Positions 8,664-16,378 of a stretch of 35,715 nucleotides of DNA are shown one piece after another. The notes under the pieces are model-generated. The model was not told the DNA's origin and searched no databases. It was given only the letters and a program-made list of their open reading frames with translations. The stretch lies in the NCBI GenBank assembly GCA_017456965.1, contig JAFTIJ010000151.1, positions 1 through 35,715 of the forward strand. Direction: 5' to 3'. The position numbers and the translations under genes were made by a program. Origin of the DNA: Clostridia bacterium (GTDB lineage Bacteria; Bacillota; Clostridia; Oscillospirales; CAG-272). Position 1 is the first letter of the stretch, and each line of letters begins with the position of its first letter.

Positions 8664-10064
8664 ATGTTTTTCAGCATTCAAGAAAACGGCATTGATTTTG
8701 CAACCATGACGTCCTTTGCCAAGGGAACGCCCACCCGCGCGAATGTGAGCGCACGTGCCTACGGCATCTCCACCGACACCCGTACCGCAAAGCAAGGCGA
8801 CGCCTTCATTGCGCTGAAGGGCGAGAACTTCGACGGTCACCGATTCCTCCCTGCGGCAGAAAAAGCGGGTTGCGTCTTTGCCGTCGTGGATCACGAGGTC
8901 ACAGACTGTGCACTCCCGCAGATCGTCGTGGACGATACCACGCTTGCCCTCGGCAGGATCGCCAAGGCATACAAGCAGTGCTTCCGCACCATCTCGCTTG
9001 CCGTAACGGGAAGCGTCGGCAAGACCACGACCAAGGAGTTTATCTACGCCGTGCTCTCGCGCAAGTACGCCACCAACGTCACCAAGGGCAATTTCAATAA
9101 CGAGATCGGTCTGCCGCTCACCCTCCTCGGTCTCACCGCAGAGCACAAGGCGCTTCTCGTCGAGATGGGCATGAACCATAAGGGCGAGATCTCCGCGCTC
9201 TCCGCGATCGCCGAGCCCGATATCTCCGTGATCACCTTCATCGGCACATCTCATATGGAAAATCTCGGCTCCCGAGAGGGCATCCGCGATGCAAAAATGG
9301 AGATCGTGGACGGAATGCGCTCAGGCGGTATTTTGATCTTAAACGGCGACGAGCCGCTCTTGCGTGACGTCGTCACGGACGGCATCTGCAAAATCTACGT
9401 CGGCTTGGAAAACGAAAGCTGTACTTACAAGGCCGATCGTGTCCGTTTTTTGGATGACCATATTCTTTTCGATATCCGTATGCACGACGGAGATATCATG
9501 ACGGATCTCCGCATCAACGTGCTCGGGAAGCATAACGTCATGAATGCGCTCATTGCCTGCGTGTGCGGCATCCTGCTCGGCGTGCCCGAGGATAAGATCC
9601 GCGAGGGGCTCCTTCACTTCTCCCCCGCCGCCATGCGTCAGAGCTTCATCGAAAAGGACGGCTTCACCGTGATCGAGGACTGCTATAATGCCTGCCCCGA
9701 ATCCATGAAGGCAGGTCTTGAGGTCCTCTGCCACGCGGCAGACACCCGCGGCATGACCCCCGTCGCCGTGCTCGGCGACATGAAGGAGCTTGGTCCCGTC
9801 TCCGACAAGGCACATCTTGAGGTCGGCGCGAAGGTCGCCGCCGCAAACGTCCGCCGTCTCATCACCGTCGGCAACGCCGCGCATCTCATCGCGGCGGGCG
9901 CGCGTATGGCGGGCATGCCCGAGGACCGCATCGTCGAGCTCGATGCCACTGCCTCCCCCGAGCAGAATGCCGCCGTTATCCGCTCCCATATCGAAAAAAA
10001 CGATATACTGCTCTTCAAGGCAAGCCGCGCCATGGCGCTGGAGCGTATCGCCGCGCTCCTGTAA
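8664..10064 (+). CDS. murF: UDP-N-acetylmuramoyl-tripeptide--D-alanyl-D-alanine ligase MurF
   Basis: P-loop TGSVGKTTTKE and the Mur ligase middle and C-terminal domains. It starts 1 nt after the murE stop. Confidence 0.95.
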   Translation: MFFSIQENGIDFATMTSFAKGTPTRANVSARAYGISTDTRTAKQGDAFIALKGENFDGHRFLPAAEKAGCVFAVVDHEVTDCALPQIVVDDTTLALGRIAKAYKQCFRTISLAVTGSVGKTTTKEFIYAVLSRKYATNVTKGNFNNEIGLPLTLLGLTAEHKALLVEMGMNHKGEISALSAIAEPDISVITFIGTSHMENLGSREGIRDAKMEIVDGMRSGGILILNGDEPLLRDVVTDGICKIYVGLENESCTYKADRVRFLDDHILFDIRMHDGDIMTDLRINVLGKHNVMNALIACVCGILLGVPEDKIREGLLHFSPAAMRQSFIEKDGFTVIEDCYNACPESMKAGLEVLCHAADTRGMTPVAVLGDMKELGPVSDKAHLEVGAKVAAANVRRLITVGNAAHLIAAGARMAGMPEDRIVELDATASPEQNAAVIRSHIEKNDILLFKASRAMALERIAALL

Positions 10065-10108
10065 GACGGCGATCCCACGGTTTCTGATCACAAAGGAGTG
10101 TTATCAAA

Positions 10109-11095
10109 ATGGTTATTTATTTTATCCTGTCCGTCCTCATCGCCTTCGTCGGCACGGTGCTTCTCTCCAAAAAGTTCATCCCCGTGCTGATCAGTAAAAA
10201 GCTCAATCAGCCCATCTATGAGATCGGTCCGCGCTGGCACAAGTCCAAGGCGGGCACGCCGACCATGGGCGGTCTCTTCTTTATCGCCGCCATCACCCTG
10301 TCTCTTGCCATCCTCTCCTTTTTCGCCATTCCCAAGGAGGAGTTGCCCCGCGTGTGGATCACGCTCGGCATGGCACTTCTCTTCGGTGTGATCGGCTTCA
10401 TCGACGACCGTGCCAAGCTGCTTAAAAAGCAAAACGAGGGGCTCACCGCAACGCAAAAGTTCCTTTGTCAGCTTGCGGCAGGCACGCTCTATATCGTGCT
10501 GATGGCGCTCTTCGGAGACCTTGACACCGTGCTCGCCATTCCCTTTTTCGGCGTGGAATGGGATCTCGGCTACGCGTACTATCCCTTGCTCTTGATCTTC
10601 CTCGTCGGCATGGACAACAGCGTCAATCTGACCGACGGCATCGACGGTCTCTGTGCCTCGACCACGGCCGTGCTCGCCGTCTTTTTCGCCGTCTGCGGCT
10701 TCCTCATGCCGGGCACGGGCGAGACACTCGCCTCCGTCGCCATCCTCAGCGGCGCGCTTTTCGGCGGCGCTGTCGGCTTCCTCGTCTACAACTGGAATCC
10801 CGCGCGCATCTTTATGGGTGACACAGGCTCCCTCTTCCTCGGCGGTCTTCTGACGGGGCTTGCGGTGCTGATCGACCAACCGCTCGTCATCGCCGTGATC
10901 GGTCTCTGGTTCATCATGGAGACCGTCTCCGTGATCCTGCAGGTCGGCTCCTATAAGCTGACGAAAAAGCGCATCTTCAAAATGGCACCCATTCACCATC
11001 ACTTTGAAAAATGCGGCTGGAGCGAGGTGAAGATCGTCACCGTCTCGATCGTCTCCGCCGTCCTGCTCTCGGTGCTTACCTACTTCTTTATGTAA
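10109..11095 (+). CDS. mraY: Phospho-N-acetylmuramoyl-pentapeptide transferase MraY
   Basis: Polytopic membrane protein with NSVNLTDGIDGL and MGDTGSLFLGG motifs. Confidence 0.95.
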   Translation: MVIYFILSVLIAFVGTVLLSKKFIPVLISKKLNQPIYEIGPRWHKSKAGTPTMGGLFFIAAITLSLAILSFFAIPKEELPRVWITLGMALLFGVIGFIDDRAKLLKKQNEGLTATQKFLCQLAAGTLYIVLMALFGDLDTVLAIPFFGVEWDLGYAYYPLLLIFLVGMDNSVNLTDGIDGLCASTTAVLAVFFAVCGFLMPGTGETLASVAILSGALFGGAVGFLVYNWNPARIFMGDTGSLFLGGLLTGLAVLIDQPLVIAVIGLWFIMETVSVILQVGSYKLTKKRIFKMAPIHHHFEKCGWSEVKIVTVSIVSAVLLSVLTYFFM

Positions 11096-11110
11096 ACGAG
11101 AGGTATCACA

Positions 11111-12385
11111 ATGCTCGGTTTCAAACGCAATCAGACAAAGCCCGCGCACAAGTCGGCGCGGGCATCTGCCAAAAATCCCATCAAGGAGCTCTTTCACCTG
11201 CTTGTTTCCGCCGACGGGGCGACCGTTCACCGCGTTCGCGGCGGCATCGACAAGCCTTTTTTTGTTCTCGTCATCATCCTCATCTGTCTTGGCTCGATCG
11301 CCGTTTCCACGGCGGGCTACGTCTACGCAAGAGAGCGCTCCGTCTTCGGCTACGACAGCTTCTATTTTATCAAGAAGCAGGTCGTCTGGGCGGCGCTTGC
11401 CCTTGCCGCGATGTTCGGTATGTCCTTGGTCGACTACGGCTTTCTCAAAAAAATGGCGCTCCCGATCACGGGCGTCGCCGTGGTTTTACTGCTCTTGGTC
11501 TTCGTCCCCGGTATCGGCGTCTCCGCAAACGGTGCGCGCCGCTGGATCGACATCGGCATCCAGTTCCAGCCCTCCGAGATCGCCAAGCTCGCGCTCGTCA
11601 TGCTCCTATCGCTCTACATATCCAAGACCGCGGGGCGGGCAGGCACCTTCAAATACGGCGTTCTTTACCCCGCGAGCCTCGTCGTCTTCTTCTGCGGGCT
11701 CGTCGCTCTTGAAAAGCACATGTCCGCGACCATCATCCTCTTTCTCCTCGGTGCGTCCATGATCTTCATCGCGGGCGTGGAGAAGCGCTGGATCGCCGCC
11801 GTATCCGTTACCGGCGCACTCGGCGCATCCTATATCATCTTCTTTACCGACTATACCAAGGCGCGCGTTGACGCGTGGCTGCACCCCGAGCTCCATCTGA
11901 AAACGGGCAGCTATCAGCCCTATGAGGGACTGCTCGCCATCGGCTCGGGCGGCTTCTTCGGTACGGGACTCACGGGCAGTATCCAAAAATATATGTGGCT
12001 GCCCGAGCCCTACAACGATTTCATCTACGCGATCTGGTGCGAGGAGCTCGGCTTCGTCGGCGCGGTCGGTCTGGTCGTGCTCTTCATGCTCCTGGCATGG
12101 CGCGGCTTCACCATCGCACGCAAGGCACCCGACGTCTTCTCCGCCATGCTGGTCACGGGGCTGACGCTCAAGGTCACCTTCCAGGCGATGCTCAATATCG
12201 CCGTCGTGACGAGCATCATCCCGACCACGGGCATCGCGCTTCCCTTTTTCAGCTACGGCGGCACGGCGCTCGTCATGCAGCTCGCGGAAATGGGCATCAT
12301 CCTCTCGATCTCGCGCTACTCCTCGGGAGAAAAGCAAGAGATCAAGCTCACGCAAAATACCTCTGAAAGGATTTCTGTCAAATGA
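11111..12385 (+). CDS. ftsW: SEDS-family peptidoglycan polymerase FtsW/SpoVE
   Basis: Ten-TM SEDS pattern with QPSEIAKLALV and LPFFSYGGTALV. It follows mraY directly, with no murD between them. Confidence 0.9.
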   Translation: MLGFKRNQTKPAHKSARASAKNPIKELFHLLVSADGATVHRVRGGIDKPFFVLVIILICLGSIAVSTAGYVYARERSVFGYDSFYFIKKQVVWAALALAAMFGMSLVDYGFLKKMALPITGVAVVLLLLVFVPGIGVSANGARRWIDIGIQFQPSEIAKLALVMLLSLYISKTAGRAGTFKYGVLYPASLVVFFCGLVALEKHMSATIILFLLGASMIFIAGVEKRWIAAVSVTGALGASYIIFFTDYTKARVDAWLHPELHLKTGSYQPYEGLLAIGSGGFFGTGLTGSIQKYMWLPEPYNDFIYAIWCEELGFVGAVGLVVLFMLLAWRGFTIARKAPDVFSAMLVTGLTLKVTFQAMLNIAVVTSIIPTTGIALPFFSYGGTALVMQLAEMGIILSISRYSSGEKQEIKLTQNTSERISVK

Positions 12386-13494
12386 ACGTTTTACTTGCCG
12401 CAGGCGGTACCGCAGGACACATCAATCCCGCGATCGCCATCGCCAACACCATCCGTGAGTACGACCCCACGGCGCAGATCACCTTCGTCGGAACCAAGCG
12501 CGGAATGGAAAATAAGCTCGTCACCACCGCAGGCTACGAGATCCGCCACGTCGAGATCCGCGGTCTCAAGCGCAGTCTCTCCCTCTCCAATCTCAAGACC
12601 GCGTATTACGTTCTCACCGCCCCCGCCAAGGCAAAGAAGCTGATCCGTGAGCTCCGCCCCGATATCGTGATCGGTACGGGCGGCTACGTCTGCTGGCCCA
12701 CACTCAAGGCGGCATCCGAGCTCGGCATCCCGACCGCCCTCCACGAATCCAACGCCATCCCCGGCAAGGCCGTCAAAATGCTGGAGAAAAAGGTAGATCG
12801 CATTTACGTCAATTTCTCAGAGAGCGCAGACGGCCTCTCTGAGAAGGAAAAGATCCTGCACGTCGGCAATCCGCTGATCTCCGCGCCCGACGTCGGGACC
12901 GTCTCGGATCTCTACGAGCGCCTCGGCATCCCCAAGACGGCAAAAAAAGTCCTGCTCTCCTTCGGCGGCAGTCTCGGCGCACAGCGTGTCAACGAGGAGG
13001 TCCTCGCGCTGATGGAGGCGTACACCTCCAAGGATCCCGAGATCTTCCACATCCACGCCACAGGTAAATACGACTATGAGAATTTCCTTGCCGCGGCAAA
13101 GGAAAAGGGACTCGATCGCCGCGAGAATCTGCGCATCGAGCAATATATCTACGATATGCCCCTCTGGGAGCTTGCCGCCGACGCGGTGATCTGCCGTGCG
13201 GGCGCAATGACCCTCTCGGAGATGGCCTTGCTTCGCCGTGCGTGCATCCTCATTCCCTCCCCGAACGTCGTCAACAACCATCAGTATGAAAACGCCAAGC
13301 GTCTCGCCGACGCGGGTGCCGCGATCATGCTGGAGGAGAAGCACATGACCCCCGGCACGCTGGAGGAGGCGGTACGCACCCTCCTTTGCGACAAGAGCAA
13401 GGCAGAAGCGATGCAACATGCCATTGCCGCCTTCGCCAACCCCGACGCCAAGCAGGATATCCTACGCGACCTGCTCACGCTCATCAAGCAATAA
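12382..13494 (+). CDS. murG: Undecaprenyldiphospho-muramoylpentapeptide beta-N-acetylglucosaminyltransferase MurG
   Basis: AAGGTAGHINPAIA N-terminal motif. It overlaps ftsW by 4 nt. Confidence 0.95.
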   Translation: MNVLLAAGGTAGHINPAIAIANTIREYDPTAQITFVGTKRGMENKLVTTAGYEIRHVEIRGLKRSLSLSNLKTAYYVLTAPAKAKKLIRELRPDIVIGTGGYVCWPTLKAASELGIPTALHESNAIPGKAVKMLEKKVDRIYVNFSESADGLSEKEKILHVGNPLISAPDVGTVSDLYERLGIPKTAKKVLLSFGGSLGAQRVNEEVLALMEAYTSKDPEIFHIHATGKYDYENFLAAAKEKGLDRRENLRIEQYIYDMPLWELAADAVICRAGAMTLSEMALLRRACILIPSPNVVNNHQYENAKRLADAGAAIMLEEKHMTPGTLEEAVRTLLCDKSKAEAMQHAIAAFANPDAKQDILRDLLTLIKQ

Positions 13495-13506
13495 ACGGAT
13501 ACGACT

Positions 13507-14337
13507 ATGAAAAAAGACATCAAACCGACGACCATCCTTGCGCTTCGCTTCCGAAACGCCGTGATACGCCTCCTTTTCGTTACCGTAGCCGTCGTCACGG
13601 CACTCTTTTTCCTTTTTGAGTGCCGTGTGCGCTCCGTCAGGGTAGAGGGGCTCGTCCACGTACCCGAGCCTGCGATCATGGATACGGCGGGCATACGGGT
13701 CGGGCGCCATCTCTACGCGATCAGCGAGTCAAAGCTTGCCCGTAACATCACGGAGAGCAGTCCCTACGTCCGCGCCGTGACCTTGGAGCGCACCCTGCCC
13801 CACACCGTCACCATCCGCGTCGAGGAGTATGACCTCGCGTATTACGTTTTCTTTGAGGGCGTATACTATCTGCTCTCCGACGACCTTCTGATCTTAGAGG
13901 AGACGACACCCGAGGACGCCGCCGAGCTTGGCGCCGTGCCGCTTCTGACACAGCCGATCAAGCCACCCAAGCTCCCCAAGGACGCCCCCAAGGATACGCC
14001 GATCCGGCTGACGGTCGGCGAGCGCATCGCCTTCGTAACCAAAAGCGACTTGGAATGGACACAGGAGTTGCTCGATGCGATTCGCATGACGGATTATGCC
14101 GACAACGTGACGAGCATCGATCTCTCCGACCGCTATGAGCTCTCGCTTACCGTATCGGACAAATACACCGTCCTGCTCGGCAACGAAAAGGACTTTGCCC
14201 GCAAGCTCACCCGCGTCGGCGGCGCTCTGCGTCACGCGACGGAGACCATGTTCGGCGTCACGGGCACGGTCTACGCCAGATCCGACGCCCCCGTCACCTT
14301 CGAGATCACGGGCGTCATTGAGACAGAGGGCACGTGA
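13507..14337 (+). CDS. ftsQ: FtsQ/DivIB-type cell division protein (TM plus POTRA)
   Basis: N-terminal TM followed by a POTRA-like segment (VRSVRVEGLVHVPEPAIMDTAGIRVG...). It sits in the canonical position before ftsZ. Confidence 0.75.
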   Translation: MKKDIKPTTILALRFRNAVIRLLFVTVAVVTALFFLFECRVRSVRVEGLVHVPEPAIMDTAGIRVGRHLYAISESKLARNITESSPYVRAVTLERTLPHTVTIRVEEYDLAYYVFFEGVYYLLSDDLLILEETTPEDAAELGAVPLLTQPIKPPKLPKDAPKDTPIRLTVGERIAFVTKSDLEWTQELLDAIRMTDYADNVTSIDLSDRYELSLTVSDKYTVLLGNEKDFARKLTRVGGALRHATETMFGVTGTVYARSDAPVTFEITGVIETEGT

Positions 14338-14503
14338 CGACGTCTCAACGACGCGGAAAATGTATCTATATTTTCCTGTGTTCTGCTTCTCATTATCGTT
14401 TTTCCACCGATTTCCATATCTGATCTTTGAGACGCGGAGGTCGAAAAAACGCACATTTTTTCAAAAAAACTTGGTTTTTTTCAAATAATTTTCAAAAAAC
14501 ATC

Positions 14504-14532
14504 TTGCATTTAATGCAAAAACATATTACAAT
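14504..14532 (+). promoter_or_regulatory. Putative ftsZ sigma-A promoter (TTGCAT-17-TACAAT)
   Basis: -35 is at 14504-14509 and -10 at 14527-14532. Three T-run/A-run blocks precede it at 14456-14499 and look like an UP element. Both hexamers sit inside perfect palindromes (see findings). Confidence 0.55.
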
Positions 14533-14581
14533 ATATATTGTATATTGTCATAAGAGTTTAATATCCGGGAGGAGTTATAAA

Positions 14582-15784
14582 ATGGGATTTGAATTTAACT
14601 CGAACTACGATAGCGGCGTCAAGATCAAGGTCATCGGCGTCGGCGGCGGTGGCGGCAACGCTGTCAACCGCATGATCGAATCCAACGTACAGGGCGTTGA
14701 GTTCATCACCGTAAACTGCGACAAGCAGGTTCTCTTTACATCCAGTGCAGCAACCAAGATCGCCATCGGCGAAAAAGTTACAAACGGTCACGGCGCAGGC
14801 GCAAACCCTCAGGTAGGTAAGGCAGCCGCCGAAGAAAATCTCGACGATCTCAAGGATATCATCCGCGGCGCGGACATGGTATTCATCACCGCAGGTATGG
14901 GCGGCGGTACCGGTACCGGTGCAGCTCCCGTCGTTGCCAAGATCGCCAAGGAGGAGAAGATCCTCACCATCGGTATCGTTACCAAGCCCTTCTCCTTTGA
15001 GGGCAAGAAGCGTATGCTCCAGGCAGAGGCCGGCATCGCAGAGCTCCGCGAGTACGTTGACGCACTCGTTGTTATCCCCAACGAGCGTCTGAAGCAGATC
15101 TCCGAGAACAGAATCACCCTTTCCAACGCATTTGAGCACGCCGACGACGTTCTCCGTCGCGGTGTACAGAGTATCTCTGACCTCATCAACATCCCCGGTA
15201 TCGTCAACCTCGACTTCGCAGACGTATCTTCCGTTATGCGTGACGCAGGCTACGCACACATGGGTGTTGGTACCGGCTCCGGCCGCGACAAGGCAGAGGT
15301 TGCCGCTAAGATGGCTGTAACGAGCCCTCTGCTCGAAACCAGCATCGCAGGCGCTACCGGTATCCTGATCAACATCACCGCTTCCCCCGACATCAGCCTT
15401 GACGAGGTTGAGACCGCATCCGCGATGATCTCTAACGAAGCGCATCCCGACGCAAACATCATCTGGGGTGCCGCATTCGACAACGCTCTTGAGGACACCA
15501 TCAAGATCACCGTTATCGCTACCGGCTTCCAGTCCGAGGAGAAGACCGTTCAGCAGCCTCAGACCGTCCAGCAGCCTCAGACCGTCCAGCAGCCTCAGCA
15601 GAGATCCACTGCTCAGTATCAGCCCCAGACCGCTTACACCGGCTACAGCTACCAGCAGCCCGTTCAGCCTGCTCAGCCCGTACAGCCCGCTCAGCCCGCA
15701 ATCAAGCCCGAGAACGGCAACAACCTGATCTCCGACGATGACTTTCAGGACATCATGGCGATCCTCAGAAAGGGCAGACGCTGA
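14582..15784 (+). CDS. ftsZ: Cell division GTPase FtsZ
   Basis: Within ORF 14504..15784. The start is the ATG at 14582 ([10 protein letters not shown]...), preceded by a GGGAGGAG SD. Tubulin signature [27 protein letters not shown]-rich linker is followed by the conserved C-terminal peptide [12 protein letters not shown]. Confidence 0.95.
   Translation: MGFEFNSNYDSGVKIKVIGVGGGGGNAVNRMIESNVQGVEFITVNCDKQVLFTSSAATKIAIGEKVTNGHGAGANPQVGKAAAEENLDDLKDIIRGADMVFITAGMGGGTGTGAAPVVAKIAKEEKILTIGIVTKPFSFEGKKRMLQAEAGIAELREYVDALVVIPNERLKQISENRITLSNAFEHADDVLRRGVQSISDLINIPGIVNLDFADVSSVMRDAGYAHMGVGTGSGRDKAEVAAKMAVTSPLLETSIAGATGILINITASPDISLDEVETASAMISNEAHPDANIIWGAAFDNALEDTIKITVIATGFQSEEKTVQQPQTVQQPQTVQQPQQRSTAQYQPQTAYTGYSYQQPVQPAQPVQPAQPAIKPENGNNLISDDDFQDIMAILRKGRR
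15545..15598 (+). repeat. 18-bp x3 tandem repeat encoding TVQQPQ x3 in the FtsZ linker
   Basis: accgtYcagcagcctcag occurs three times. Copies 2 and 3 are identical and copy 1 differs by one base. A second PVQPAQ x2 repeat lies at 15659-15694. Confidence 0.9.
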
Positions 15785-15806
15785 TCTCTCTACATAGCTG
15801 ACAATT

Positions 15807-15844
15807 ATCGGCATACCTTGCAAAAGGTATGCCGATTTCGTTTG
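15807..15844 (+). terminator. Rho-independent terminator of ftsZ
   Basis: A perfect 13-bp stem ATCGGCATACCTT / AAGGTATGCCGAT with a GCAA loop is followed by TTCGTTTG. It lies 23 nt after the ftsZ stop. Confidence 0.7.
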
Positions 15845-15939
15845 TCGACAAAGCAGGATTGAAAATTCCACTTCGGCGTTTATGACCTAATTGCAAAGGA
15901 GACACGTCGCTTCCCTTTTGCTACCCTAAGCTTGTATAG

Positions 15940-15975
15940 AAAAAAGACGAGGAGCTTATGCTCTTCGTCTTTTTT
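15940..15975. terminator. Bidirectional rho-independent terminator (A6-stem-T6)
   Basis: AAAAAAGACGAGGAGC-ttat-GCTCTTCGTCTTTTTT has one G.U pair. It lies 26 nt downstream of the minus-strand gene that ends at 16002. Confidence 0.65.
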
Positions 15976-16001
15976 GTTTTCACAAGATGTCGGTTTTGCG
16001 A

Positions 16002-16301
16002 TTATTCTGCGTCGGTCGTTTCCTCGGTGTCGAGAAGATCGCCGTCGAGGTCGTCCTCACAACCGAATTCACAGCAGTCACACTCTTCATCGTCACAGCC
16101 TACGCAACCGAAGGAGAGCTCCTCTTCCTGCTTGCAGTCGTAAAGGAGGTAGCCACCTGCAGCGCCGCTGATCGCAGCCAGAGCAAGGAAAGCACCTGCC
16201 ACGCTCTTCTTCTTGCCGAGAAGAACGAAGAACATGAATACTGCGCAAATAGCCTGACCCACGAGCGATACGCCAACGTAGAGCTTAGTTTTCTTGAACA
16301 T
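16002..16301 (-). CDS. Small membrane protein with two predicted TM helices and a Cys-rich, highly acidic C-terminal tail (unknown function)
   Basis: 99-aa ORF with a GAAAGGGG SD and host-like codon usage. The hydrophobic segments are roughly aa 7-27 and 35-53. The tail is CKQEEELSFGCVGCDDEECDCCEFGCEDDLDGDLLDTEETTDAE (7 Cys). A terminator follows it. Confidence 0.6.
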   Translation of the reverse strand: MFKKTKLYVGVSLVGQAICAVFMFFVLLGKKKSVAGAFLALAAISGAAGGYLLYDCKQEEELSFGCVGCDDEECDCCEFGCEDDLDGDLLDTEETTDAE

Positions 16302-16378
16302 GATGAAATCCCCTTTCTCATTCTTGAGTTTTTATTTTAACACGGTGCGGCGTAAACCGCGCCGCGTTATCACATGAT

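Noticed and set aside
14360-14488. 42-aa ORF (MYLYFPVFCFSLSFFHRF...) in the ftsQ-ftsZ spacer, at the position where ftsA would be.
   Set aside because: The Phe/Leu-rich sequence is simply a translated T-rich spacer. There is no credible SD. It overlaps the T/A-run blocks of the ftsZ promoter.
14558-15871. 437-aa ORF antisense to the whole of ftsZ, extending past both ends.
   Set aside because: It mirrors the ftsZ codon periodicity (GD/LD/VG repeats mirror the Q/P linker). It runs through the ftsZ terminator hairpin. It has no SD or promoter.
16002-16301. The Cys-rich small protein as a SCIFF/ranthipeptide-type RiPP precursor.
   Set aside because: It is 99 aa with two TM helices, not a ~45-aa soluble peptide. 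The Cys motif is embedded in Asp/Glu rather than the Gly/Thr/Ser SCIFF context. No radical-SAM maturase or peptidase is nearby.
16345-16367. GC hairpin GCGGCG-N7-CGCCGC just downstream of prfB as its terminator.
   Set aside because: On the minus-strand RNA it is followed by an A-rich tract, not a U-rich one. The small downstream gene lacks its own promoter, so read-through is more likely. At best it is a processing or stability element.
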